Assembly: GCA_043228905.1 (NCBI GenBank) | Contig: JBHGNT010000008.1 | Coordinates: 16,492,001-16,556,000, forward strand | Direction: 5' to 3' | Origin: Azolla caroliniana | Lineage: Eukaryota; Plantae; Polypodiophyta | Length of the DNA: 64,000 bases | Shown: piece by piece, positions 25,182 to 38,600 of the stretch | How the letters are laid out: every line of letters starts with the position of its first letter | Position numbering within the stretch: position 1 is the stretch's first letter | Notes under the pieces: model-generated | What the model saw: only the letters and a program-made list of their open reading frames with translations | The model's database searches: none | What the model was told of the DNA's origin: nothing | Translations under genes and position numbers: made by a program

Positions 25182-27962
25182 ATGAGTGAAGATTCACCGT
25201 TCTCGATTGAAGAATATTGTTTGTCATCAGACCCATCGTTTTCTACTGAAGAGTATTGTTTGTCAACAGAGTCACCATATTCGATTGAAGAATATTGTCT
25301 TTCGACCGACTCACCATATTCTATCGAAGAATATTGTCTGAGCTCATCTACAGGGAATGTAAATATTGACACATGTGAAGAGTTCTCTATTGAAGAATAC
25401 GATATTAATAAAGATACCGAGAATGAAGGAAGTGCCCAGGAAACATTGAATAACATTGGCGATGGTCAGAATAGAGAATTAGACTGTAACAAGGTTACAC
25501 CAACCTCTATGCAGGAAGAGAAATCTGGGAGCCCTATGCATATTAGAAGAATCCCACGAAGAATTCGTCTGGCTAGATTTAGCTTGGTGACATCAGATAA
25601 ACAGATTGGATTTGATGTCAACAAAATATGTTGTGCCCGTGGTTGTATGTCTATGATTGGAAAATCAAAGTTGCGAGAATTAAGGCGATACTATTTTTCG
25701 ATGACCGGTGATGAGCAAGACACTTACCTCGGATCACATATGCAACTAGTATCTGACAAATGTACGGGGATCAAAGTATCATTCGAGTATTATATCTTCC
25801 ATGCGCAACAGATATGTAGAGTTGCATTCAAAATTGTGTTATGTGTTAGTAACATGCGGCTACATAGAGTACAACAACGTCTACTTAGCGGGGATCAGAT
25901 GCTCAATTGTAAAGAGGTTCCAAGTATGAAAGGTGCAATTGGAAGACTAGCTATTGGCTGGATGAAAACTTACTTTCAGTTAAATTGTGAAGTAATGCCC
26001 ACTACAGGTAGGATGCATCTTTCTGATAATTATACCCGTCGGGAAGTTTATGATGTCTATCGATCTGAAATGCTGGGCTCACGTAATAAGTCTATCACCT
26101 ATAGCCAATTCACAAGATTATGGAGAGCTCGGTTTTCAAATGTTATTATTCCTCGTAAAGTACGTATGGGTTATTGCTCCATTTGTGCAAATCTTAAAAG
26201 TTTGGCTAAAGGTGCAAAGACATCAATGGAAAAGGATACGAGTAAGAAGTTACTACAAGAGCATCGTGAGGCACAATCCTTAGAACGAAGGAAGGCGATG
26301 CATCATAGAGAGAAGTGTTTGAAGAGGCCTGAACAATACATGTGCTTAATGATAGATGGCATGGACCAGAAGAAGACATGCTTGCCGCATATGCGGAGGC
26401 TCCCCAAAGATGTCAATGATGAGTGCCTTGTTCAAATGCACTTGGTGGGATGCTTGGCTTATAATAGGTTAGTTGGACCTCACGTCTTCATTACTTACCC
26501 CAATGTTCACAATGACCCTAACCTAACAGTTACAGTGATTCACCGAGTTTTGATGTCTTGGGGACAACCTTTCCCCCCTGTTCTATACATTCAATTGGAC
26601 AATACTGCTAGAGAGAACAAAAATTCAACTGTATTTGGCTATCTAAGTATGTTGGTCAACCTAGAATTGTTTAGGAAAGTGAAAGTCAATTTCCTTTTGG
26701 TTGGCCACACACATGACCATATAGATCAGATGTTTAGCACATTCTCTAGACAGTTGTCTCGGCATGATGCTTTCACTTTACCTAAACTATTTGATGTCAT
26801 TTGTGATGCATATACACCACGCCCAAAAGTGTTACACTTGAAGGAGGTATATGACTTTAAGAGATATATATTAGATGGGGGTGGTGGGAATGTTAAAGTG
26901 CTTGCTCAGTTAAACAATATAAGTTTCAATCACATTTTTTTGATAAAGAAAAATGGAATAAGTGGTTCTACACTTTTGTATGCTAAACAATATTCATCTT
27001 CTACAACATGGGAACCTGAAGGTGGTTGCCAGTTATTACTTTGTATGCCGAGTACAATTGTCCATGGAGCTAAGCAAATGCCAATTGAGAAGAAAGGACA
27101 GTTGCAGAGCGACTTGGTATTAGAACAAAAACGGTGATGGCTCCAAGCCTTAGAAGAAAAAAGAAAACATATTGAGGCCGCCAAGAAATATGCCGCACAA
27201 CAAGACACGTCATGGTGGGATGTATTTTATAGTGATCAGAAAGAAATTATAGACAATTGTGTATCTGTTCATAATTGGAATTTGGAAACGCCATTCACAT
27301 GGTCGCTGCAACATGATCGCGTAAATAGAAGTCCGGAGCGACTAGTAAATGCGATTAATGACAGCTTGGTCCATCCACAACAAAGAGACATTTATGTGGG
27401 ACCAAGGATGACCAAAGCAGCCGAAGCTAGATGGCAAGGAAATTTGCAAGAGCTCACCGCGGGGATGTTGATTGCAACGCCGGCTGATGAGAACTCACAT
27501 GGCCACCAATTTTGGGTTGGTAAAATTCTAGAAGTGCTAATGCATGAAATAGATAACACGATCAAGTCTATAAATGTTCATTGGTACAACACTAGAAGTG
27601 CAAATGCTTTTACAGGTAAGTATACATTGGAGATGATTGAATGCCAAACAAGAAGGGGAGGTAGGAAGAGGAAGCGAAACATTCGTAACACCTCGACCCT
27701 TGATATCTCTGATGTGGATATCATCGTGTACGACTTCACACTTACAAAAGCCGGACGATTAAGGAAGTCAACAATAGATATAATAAAAGAAAAATTACCA
27801 GGTCTACAAGGTGGCTCGAGTCAAAGGCAAACAAGATCTGCTACATATAATCTAGAGTCAAACCATTTGGTTTATGACGAAGATAATGCACTGATTGGTA
27901 CATCCGAGGATGATGAGGAGGAATCGTCATTGTATATTAGTTATAGTAGTGATTCTCCGTAA
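25182..27962 (+). pseudogene. Sola1-like DDD transposase (~926 aa) with a single premature stop
   Basis: CCARGC, CRVAF, CSIC...H, IDGMDQ, QLDNTARENKN, FLLVGHTHDHIDQMFS. TGA at 27135-27137 is TTA (Leu) in copy 1, and the frame continues into ORF 27282-27962. Superfamily inferred from motifs plus the 4-bp TSD. Confidence 0.82.
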
Positions 27963-28324
27963 AGGAGTGATCATGAATGTATATTTGGCTATTAAGTGTA
28001 ACTACATTCCGCTTGTAACAAATCGAGTAATATAAAATCATGTGTTTTGAATTCTTATGATTTCCCAAAAATCGTTTCTTATAAAATAACATTGGTTGTA
28101 AAGTTTGTGATATAAATTGAGAATGTATGTTTTTGAAATTCGTCTTTTTTTAGTTACTTCTAAATCACGAAAATAGTGGATTTTTAACCTTTTTCATAGT
28201 ATGTTTGAACTTGTATGATACTGGTATCAATGTGTTTTGTAAAATCATTGAAAAACCCCTAAAATTTCCCTTCTCCTTCCATTTATGCGCGAACCTTCCA
28301 CTTGTGAACGCGAACGTGTTAAGA

Positions 28325-29349
28325 TCTTTAAGATCACCTTTGAGGAAAGTATCCTGATGATAATGATTTTGCAAAATACTGGGCAAGAGTTGAGTCTGGA
28401 ATAGACACCACCACATCCGCGAAGGAATACTTCCACATTGCTAACGGTCTACTTTACCGTAAGGGGAAGGTTTGTGTTCCAGATTTGCTTGAGGTCAAAA
28501 AGAGAATTCTTTTTGAATGCCATGATGCACCCTCACATCGTACACTCGTTCTCATCTCCACTCAATTCTATTGGCATAAGATGCGTCCTGACATACATAG
28601 CTATGTGACTAAATGTCACCAATGTTAGGTTAAGAAAGTCGACCGACTTAAAGCCGTAGGACTTTTACATCCCTTGGACATTCCCAATAATAAGTGGGAA
28701 AGTATATCCATGGATTTTATTGTTAGCCTTCTTCGCACCCAAAAAGGTCATGATGCCATCTAGGTTGTGGTTGATAGACTAACTAAAATGGCCAGATTTA
28801 TTGCTACTAAAACCACGGTAACAACTCCTGAATTGGCTTACCAATTCGTCGATGAGTTATTTCGTTTTTATGGGTTACTGATGGATATCGTGAGTGATTG
28901 AGATGCAAAGTTTACTAGTGACTTTTGAACGCAAGTCTTCAAGAAGTTAGAAACTATGTTGAGCATGAGCTACATGGATCATCCTCAATCCGATGGACAA
29001 ACAGAACAAGTAAATCAAATTATTGAGGACATACTTCGAGCATACGTTGGTACAAAACCAACGAAACGGGAACGTTATCTCCCAATTTTGGAGTTTGCTT
29101 ATAACAGCTCCAAGCATACATCGACGGGATATAGTCCTTTTATGTTGATGTATGGTGTTTAGCAACGAGCCCCGATTGATGTTAATATATATCATGATGA
29201 GTTGCGAAGTACACAAATTTTTTTTCGGGATATGCAAGATATGTTGCATATTGTAGGAGATAATATAAAAACAGCTCAAGATAGAGCGCGTTTTTATGTC
29301 GATCCTCATAGGCAACCTCGTGTATTCAACCCTGGATAGAAGGTATTTT
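28325..29349 (+). pseudogene. Host gypsy integrase fragment
   Basis: ECHDAP (HHCC region), KWESISMDF, IVSD, HPQSDGQTE; contains stops; truncated where the tandem repeat begins. Confidence 0.85.
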
Positions 29350-31636
29350 GACGTATCCTGAAGTCGAAAGTTCAAGCCTCTCTCACCCCATCCTCGACAT
29401 CATAATCTCTGCAATCATTAGTTCCTATCATGTCGATTGCAATAGTTCTGTGTTCTCCCCTTATTTTCTAGATTGTCATGGGAACATGCTACATGGAATT
29501 TTATCAACCATAACTGTCAATCTATATTCAGTAATACACCACTTTTTGCAAATCACTCCCAATGGAAACTTGCATGACTCTGTGAATATTCTCCCTCGTT
29601 ATAGGACTAACATGTCGATTGCAGGTGTGTTGTGTTCCCCCCTTTTGTTCTTGAATGTCACGGGAACACACCACATGTTATATGACATTTATCCACCCTC
29701 AAGTATCTATCTATATTCAGTAATACACCCTCATGGGAACAGAACACATGCTATATGGCATTTTATCCACCCTAAGTGTTGATCAATATTCGCTAATACA
29801 CTTGCTTTCGCAAACCATTCCGAATTTAAGCTCGCATGACTATGTGAATATTCTTGCTCGCTATATGACTATGATGAGAGTGGTTTCTTTGTTATCTAAT
29901 GTAAACCTTTCATTGGTGTAAAGGCATCGTAAATTTGAGATTTCAATATGCTCTCACATATTATCTATTATAAAAGGTGTAACGTAAAACTAGAATTTTC
30001 CTAGAGCTACACATTAGAGGTAATGATGTAGGTTCCTTGCGTGTAGTTCTTATAGCGCATGACGTATCCCACCGTCGAGAGTTCTAGCCTCTCTCACCCC
30101 ATCCTCCACATCATAATCTCTGCAATCATTACTTCCTATAATGTCGATTGCAGTCGTTCTGTGTTCTCGCTAATTTTCTTGAATGTTGTGGGAACATCCT
30201 ACATGGCATTTTATCCAACCTAATGTCTATCAAAATTTAGTAATACACCACTTTTTGCAAATCACTTCCAATTTAAACTCGCATCACTCTGTGAGTATTC
30301 TCCCTCGCTATAGGACTAACATGTCGATTGCAACTGTTTTGTATTCTCCCCTTTTGTTCTTGAATGTCATGGGAACACAACACGTTACATGGCATTTATC
30401 CACCATCAAGTGTCTATGTATATTCACTAATACACCACTTTCTGCAAGCATTTCCAATTGAAACTCTTTCAATATTCTCCCTCGCTACTGGACTAGCATT
30501 GTTGTTTAGGCATCCTAGAGTTGAAATTTCGAGTTGCTGTCATGTATCTTTCATCACAATCCAAGATAAAATAGGCGTTTTTCTGTGTAGTAGTTGCATT
30601 TTTGGGGTGATGGCATGGTTGTCTAGCGCGTAGGTCTCATAGCCCTTGAGATAGGCTGACGTTGAGAGTTCAAGCTCCCCTCACCCCAACCTTGACATCA
30701 TGCCCTTTGCAATCATTAAATCCTATAATATTGATTCCAGTTCATTTATGTTTTTCCCTAATTTTCGTCAATGTGATGGGAACACAACATATGCTACATG
30801 GCATTTTATCCACCCTATGAGTCTATCAATTTTCACTACCACGACGCCTTTTGCAAACCATTCAGAATTTAAGCTCGCATGACTATGTGAATATTTTGGT
30901 TGCAATATGACTATGATGAGGGTCGTCTCTTGCTTAAGTAATCTATACCTATCATTGGTGTAAAGCCATCGTAAATTTGATATTTCAATATGTTCTCACA
31001 TCTTACCTATTATCACATGTATAAGGTAAAATTAGGATGTTCCTAGATCTACACATTAGAAGTGATAATGCAGGTTCCTGGCGCATAGTTCTTATAGCTC
31101 TTCACATATCCTGACGTGGAGAGTTCAAGTCCTTCTCACACCATCTTCAACATTCCAGGGCATTATGAATTTTCCTTAACCTTTTGCAAACCATTTCGAA
31201 TTTTCCTAGAGCTACACATTAGAGGTGATGATGTCAGTTCCTTGTGCGTAGTTCTCATAACTCTTGAGGTATCCTGACATCGAGAGGCCAAACCACTCTC
31301 ACCCCATCCTTGACATCAGAATCTCCACAACCATTAGTTCCTATCATGTTGATTGTAGCCGTTCTGTGTTCTTCACTTATTTTCTTGAATGTTATGCGAA
31401 CATGCTACATGGCATTTTATCCACCCTAAGTGTCTATCTATATTTAGTAATACACCACGTTTTTCAAATCACTCCCAATTTAAACTCTCATCCCTCTGTG
31501 AGTATTCTCACTCGCTATAGGACTAACATGTCGATTGCAACTGTTATGTATTCTCCCCTTTTACTCTTGAATGTCATGGGAACACAACACATGTAACATG
31601 GCATTTACCCACCCTCAAGTGTGTTTAAACATTCAC

Positions 31637-31957
31637 TATTGAGAATCAAGCTCAACATAGTGCAACGTGTGAACACACCTTTTGAGAATCTATGATTACT
31701 CGAAGGTCAAGAGTTACACCACTACTCTCTACACATTAACTATGTGTCATAGAATCATATTCTACGACACATAACTAATGAGTTACATATTCCCCATGAC
31801 TATGAGTCTTCACATTCCCCAAGAGAGAGTGGTTGTTGTAGTTAGTTAATGAAGTTCTCTAGGTTATCTATCTTGTGTTTCTCTTATCTTCTCTCTTTTC
31901 ACTCAAACATAACACACATATCTTCCACTACACAAGAATCATATCCGATTCCTTACA
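31637..31957 (+). mobile_element. Copia solo LTR with an internal deletion
   Basis: Matches LTR 35236-35687 minus ~130 bp; TSD TTCAC on both sides (31632-31636 / 31958-31962). Confidence 0.85.
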
Positions 31958-32775
31958 TTCACTAATACACCACTTTTTGCAAGCATTCCCAATTTAAACT
32001 AGCATGACTCTTTGAATATTCTCCCTTGCTATAGGAGTAACATTGCTTTTTAGGCATCCTAGAGTTGAAATTTGATCTGCTGTCAATCCAAGATAAATAG
32101 GCGTTTTTCTGTGTAGAGTTGCATATTTGGGGTGATGCCATACTTGGCTAGCGTGTAAGTGTCATATCTCTTGAGATATCTTGAGGTTGAGAGTTCAAGC
32201 TCCTCTCCCCCCAACCTCAACATCATGATCTCTACAATCATTAAATCCTATCCATATCGATCACTGTTGATTTGTGCTCTTCCCTAATTTTCGTCAATGT
32301 CATGGGAACACAACACGTGCTACATGGAATTTTATCCACCCTTTGAGTTTATCTATATTCACTACCACAACTCCTTTTACAAACCATTCTGAATTTAAGC
32401 TTGCATGACTATGTAAATATTCTCGGTCGCAATATGACTATCATGAGGATGGTCTCTTACTTATGTAATCTATACCTATCATTGGTGTAGAGGCATCGTA
32501 AATTTGAAATTTCAAGATGTTCGCACCTATTATCTATTATCACAGGTATAAGGTAAAATTAGGATATTCCTAGATCTACACGTTAGGGTTGATGACGTAT
32601 GTTCCCTGTGCATAGATCTTATAGCTCTTGACGTATCTTCACGTGGAGAGCTCAAGCCCCTCTCACGCCATCCTTAAAATCCCAACCTCCCCAATCCTTA
32701 GCTCCTATCATGTCGATTGTAGTTGTTTCATGTTCTCCCCTTATGAACTTCAATGTCATGGGGAAACAACATATT

Positions 32776-35687
32776 CTACAATGTCTCCGTACACTTCCAA
32801 AAATTTACGAATGAAGTCAAGAAAGCAACGGGCCAACATGTGCAATGTCTTTGTTTGGATGGAGGCAAGGAGTACTTCTCCGATGAATTTTCGGCATTTC
32901 TATGGAAAGAAGGAATTCGGAGATAGTTTTCATGTCGACATACGCCATAACGAACGAAAGAATCGGCACATGCTCGAAGTAGCACAGGCCATGATGAACG
33001 AAAAGCACCAGCCGAAGTCGTACTGGGCAGAAGTGGCTAACACGGCCGTATACCTCATGAATCGGTGTACGAAATCGGGTGTGCACGAACTTACTCCGCA
33101 TGAGGAGTTTTTCGGGAAGAAGCCGGATCTATCACATGTTCTGATATTCGGCTCCATTACATACGTGCACATCCCCGACGAGAAGCGACAAAAGCTTGAC
33201 CCGAAGTCAGAGAAATGTATCCTCGTAGGATACTCATTGGAGAAAAAGTGTTCAAGTGCTATAACCCCTCTATTGGGAAGGTTCGAGTAAGTCGAGACAT
33301 CATTTTTTATGAGTCCGCATCCTAGTACACACTAGAGCCAACTTTGACTCCGATTCCGCCCAATCTGGAATCCGCCAAAATAGGGATAGAATCCGAAAAT
33401 CGGCTCACGTGCATGTTCGAAGAAAGCCGATTACGACAAGGCTTAGTGGGCCACCAGAGCCTCCGAGCGATCAAAGCACATCTCGGCCGAGTCCGAAGCT
33501 GGACAAAGGGAAAGCGAAAATGCCGGAGTATGAAGATGATCACTTCGACGACAACAAATTGACTCACTCCCTTGATAGTGAGTTCAAAGGCCGAAAACGT
33601 TTGCCGAAGCCACGAAGGACCCCAGATGGGTTGAAGCAATGAATGAGGAGATGCAAGCACTCTCCAAAAACAAGACATGGGATCTTGTCCCCCACTCACT
33701 GCACAAGAAGGCGATTGGCTGCAGATGTATCTACAAGGTGAAGTATAACGATGACGGCTCTGTAAACTGCAACAAAGCTCGACTCGTAGCAAAAGGATAC
33801 CCACAGACGCATGGAGTCGACTACGAAGAAACATTTTGCCCCGTGGCAAAGATGAAGACTGTGCGGACCATAATTGCATTCGCAGCGGCGAAAGGGTGGC
33901 ACCTTCATCAGATGGATGTAAAGAATGCCTTTCTTCAAGGAGAATTAGAAGAGGAAGTGTACATGGTACAACCACCCGGCTTCGAATCCAACATTCATCC
34001 GAAAGTCGTATGCCAACTCAAGAAGCCTCTCTACGGCCTTAAGCAAGCACCACATGCTTGGCATTAGAAGATAACTCAATATCTTCATTAAATCGGCTTT
34101 CGAATGTCGAAATCCGACAACTCCCTCTATGTACGAAACGACTTTAGATGCTCGATTGTCATCAGTTTATACGTGGATGATTTGGTTATTGGAGGTGAGC
34201 ATTTAGTCGACATCAACAAGGTGAAGTCCCTCCTCTCCAACAAATTTGAGATGATAGACATGAAGGAGCTCCATTCCTTCGTAGGCATAGAAGTAATTCG
34301 GATTTCACACAACGTTATGATTTGCCGATGACACTACATCCTCAACTTGTTATACAAGTTCGGGATGACTGAGTGCAAATCAATGGCTACGCCTCTCGAT
34401 CGAAACCTGAAACTGATGACGCCTCCGGCATGGAGGAGTGTGAGCCGTCTTAGTATCAATAGTTGATCGGGAGCCTCATCTATCTCACGATCAATCGACC
34501 CAACCTTAGCTATCCAGTCAGACTTCTTAGCCAATTCATGCAAACTCCGTGAGATATCCATTTCGATTGCGCTAAGCGAGTATTACGATACGTAAGCACA
34601 CAATGGATTACGACATTCCTACGCATCGACCGCACCAATTTGACTCGAAGGGTACAGAGCTGATCGACCATCGACCTCCGGATTTGTCTTCTCGCTTGGT
34701 AGCGGAGTAATGTCTTGGAGTAGTAAGAAATGGCCTACCATCGCACTTTCGAATACGGAGGTCAAATACAGGGGTGTAACCATAGCTGCATGTTAAGTCA
34801 TATGGCTCAAGAGGATTTTGAAGGATCTGGTCCCCATGAAAGATCCGACTCCCATTTACTACGACAACATGAGCAATATATATCTGCCTTGGAACCCGGT
34901 GTTCCACACATGCAGAAAGCATATCGAAGTGCACTACCACTTTATTCGAGAGCGTGTTCATCTTGGAGATGTCGATCTTCTACACATCAACACGAATCTT
35001 CAGACAACCGACATCTTCACCAAGGCCCTAGGGGCCAACAAGCTTCAACAATTCATGTCAAACCTTGGATTGACGATCCCTGACTTGCCAAGCTTGAGGG
35101 GGAGTACAAGTGAGAACTGGATACCGTCCGAACTAGGTACGAGCTGAAGCGGAGACCAGAGATCGTCCGAACTGGATACTAGCCGAAGTGGACATCAATC
35201 AAAAGGAACCGACCTGAGTTGAGTTTGATGCGGCATGTTGAGAATCAAGCTCAACATAGTGCAACGTGTGATCACACCTTTTGAGAATCTATGATTACTC
35301 AAAGGTCAAGAGTCACACCACTACTCTCTACACATTAACTATGTGTCATAGAATCATATTCTAGGACACATAACTAATGAGTTACATATTCCCCATGACT
35401 ATGAGTCTTCACATTCCCCAAGAGAGAGTGGTTGTTGTAGTTAGTTAATGAAGAGAGAGGGTGACTATATATAAAGCACCCTCCTCATACTTCATACTAA
35501 GTCGGTTGTGACTCCTTGTAATGCTACATTTTGTATCTCTTATTCTACTTATGAATATACGTATTCGTCTTCTTGAGTATTTCATTTCTCTAGGTTATCT
35601 ATCTTGTGTTTCTCTTCTCTTCTCTCTTTCTCTCACATATAACACACATATCTTCCGCTACACAAGAATCATATCCGATTCCTTACA
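32776..35687 (+). mobile_element. 5'-truncated Ty1/copia (INT-RT-RNase H pseudogene plus 3' LTR)
   Basis: [60 protein letters not shown]; LTR 35236-35687 with TG...CA ends. Confidence 0.92.
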
Positions 35688-38600
35688 TTCACTAATACAC
35701 CACTTTTTGCAAGCATTCCCAATTTAAACTAGCATGACTCTTGGAATATTCTCCCTTGCTATAGGAGTAACATTTCTTTTTAGGCATCCTAGAGTTGAAA
35801 TTTGAGTTGCTATCAATCCAAGATAAATAGGCATTTTTTTGTGTAAAGTTGCATATTTGGGGTGATGCCATACTTGGCTAGCACGTAGGTCTCATAGCTC
35901 TTGAGATATCTTGAGGTTGAGGGTTCAAGCTCCTCTCACCCCAACCTCGACATCATGATCTGTGCAATCATTAAATCCTATCATATTGATCACTGTTGAT
36001 TTGTGCTCTTCCCTAATTTTCGTCAATGTCATGGGAACACAACACATGCTGCATGGAATTTTATCCACCGTTTGAGTTTATCTATATTCACTACCACAAC
36101 TCCTTTTGTAAACCATTCCGAATTTAAGCTCGCATGACTATGTAAATATTCTCGGTCGCATATGCCTATCATGAGGATGGTCTCTTACTTATGTAATCTA
36201 TACCTATCATTGGTGTAGAGGCATCGTAAATTTGAAATTTCAAGATGTTCGCACCTATTATCTATTATCACAGGTATAAGGTAAAATTAGGATGTTCCTA
36301 GATTTACACGTTAGAGTTGATGACGCCGGTTTCCTGCACATACATCTTATAGCTCTTGACATATCTTCACGTGGAGAGCTCAAGCCCCTTTCACGCCATC
36401 CTTAAAATCCCAATCTGCCTAATCCTTAGCTCCTATCATGTCGATTGTAGTTGTTTCGTGTTCTCCCTTTATGAACTTCAATGTCATGGGGAAACAACAT
36501 ATGCTATATGGCATTTTATCCACCCTCAATTGTCGACCTATATTGACTAATACACCACCTTTTGCAAATCACTCGCAATTTAAACTCGCATGACTCTATG
36601 AATATTCTCCCTGGGTTTAGGACTAGTCTGTGGATGGACTCTTACTATCCATACCATAGGTATCATTGCTTTTTTGGCATCCTAGGTTCTTTCAGGTATC
36701 TTTCATCGCAATATCAGATAATATGTAAAGTTACATATTAGGGGTGATGGCGTAATTGGCTATCACGTAGGTCTCATAGCTCTTGAGATATCCTGAGGTC
36801 CAAAGTTCAAGCATCTCTGACCATCCACGACATCATGAGGTCTACAATCATTAATTCCTACCATGTCGATTTGTGTTCTTTCCTAATTTTCTTCAATGTC
36901 ATGTATATTCACCACCACAGTTCCTTTTGCAAACCATTCTGAATTTAAGCTCGCATGACTATGTGAATATTCTCGGTCGCAATATGACTATCATGAGGGT
37001 GGTCTCTTACTTAAGTAATCTATACCTATTATTGGTGTAAAGTCATCATAAATTTGAAATTTCAAGATGGTCTCGCCTATTATTTATTATCACTGGTATA
37101 AGGTAAAATTAGGATGTCCGTAGATCTACACATTAGAGCTGATGATGCAGGTTCTTTGCCCATAGTTCATACAGCTCTTGACGTATCCTAACGTGTAAGG
37201 TTCAAGCCCCTCTCACGCCATCCTCAACATCCCAATCTCCCCAATTCTTTGTTCCTATCTTGTTGATTGCATGTGTTCTGTGTTCGCCCCTTATTTTCTA
37301 GATTGTCATGGGAACATGCTACATGGAATTTTATCAACCTTAAGTGTCTATGTATATTCAGTAATAAACCACTTTTTCAAAATCACTCCCAATTGATACT
37401 TGCATGACTCTAAAAATATTGGCCCTCGTTATACAATGAACATATCGATTGGAGGTTTTCTGTGTTCTTCCCCAATTTTCTTTAATGTCATGGGAACACA
37501 ACACATGTTACATGCAATTTATTCACCCTCAAGTGTCTATCTATATTCACTAATACACTACTTTGTGCAAATTACTACGAATTGAAACTAGCATGACTCA
37601 CTGAATATTTTCCTTCGCTATAGGAGTAACATTGCTTTTTAGGCATTGTAGAGTTGACATTTCGAGCTGCTGTCAATCCAAGATACAATAAGATTTTTCT
37701 ATGTAGAGTTGCATATTTGGGGTGATGGCTTAGTTGGCTGGCACGTAGGGCTCATATATCTTGGGATATCGTGAGGTTGAGAGTTCAAGCTCTTGTCACC
37801 CCAACCTCGACATCATGATCTTTGCAATCATTAAATCCTATCATATCGATTCCAATTGATTTGTGTTCTTCCCTAATTTTGGTCAATGTCATGGGTTGAT
37901 TTGTGTTCTTCCCTAATTTTCGTCACTATCATGCGTTGATTTGTGTTCTTCCCTAATTTTCATCAATGCCATGGGAACATAACACGTGCTACATGGCATT
38001 TTATCAACCCTCTTACTCTATCTATATTCACTACCACAACTCCGTTTACAAACCAGTCCGAATTTAAGCTCACATGACTGTGGATATTCTCCATCGCAAT
38101 ATGACTATCATGAGTGTGGTCGCTTATGTAATCTATGCCTATCATTGATGTAAAGGCATCGTAAATTTGATATTTAATGATGCTCTCACGTATTACGTAG
38201 TATGTCATGTATGAGGTAAAATTAGGATGTTCCTAGATCTACACATTAGAGGTGATGATGCACGTTGCTTGCACATAGTGCTTATAGCTCTTGACGTTTT
38301 CTAATATGGAGAGTTCAAGCCCCTCTCACACCATCCTCGGCATCCCAATCTCCCCAATCCTTTGTTCCTATCATGTCGATTGTAGTTGTTTTGTGTTCTC
38401 CCCTTATCATCTTCTATGTCATGGGAACACAACACATGCTACATGGCATTTTATCCACCGTCAAGTGTCGACCTATATTCACTAATACACCACTTTTTCC
38501 AAACCACTCCCAATTTAAACTCGCATGACTTTGTGAATATGCTCCTTGGGTATAGGATTAATATATGGATGGACTCTTACTATCTAATCCATAGGTATCA

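Larger units (their letters stand above)
19104..28320 (+). mobile_element. Complete 9217-bp Sola-like DNA transposon carrying ParB-MTase, copy 2
   Basis: TIRs 19104-19139 (AACACGTTCGCGTTCACAAGTGGAAGGattgcgcat) and 28285-28320 match at 34/36; TSD AAGA at 19100-19103 and 28321-28324; inserted between gypsy RNase H and integrase. Confidence 0.93.
1137..29349 (+). mobile_element. Old Ty3/gypsy (chromovirus-like) host element, fragmented into 1137-1215, 7309-7723, 16922-19103 and 28325-29349
   Basis: Pieces are colinear gag, zinc knuckle, PR, RT, RH and INT. Removing the inserts and one TSD copy restores the frame at 1215/7309 (ALKAR-VISLQ) and 19103/28325. No LTRs of this element are visible in the window. 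Confidence 0.8.
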
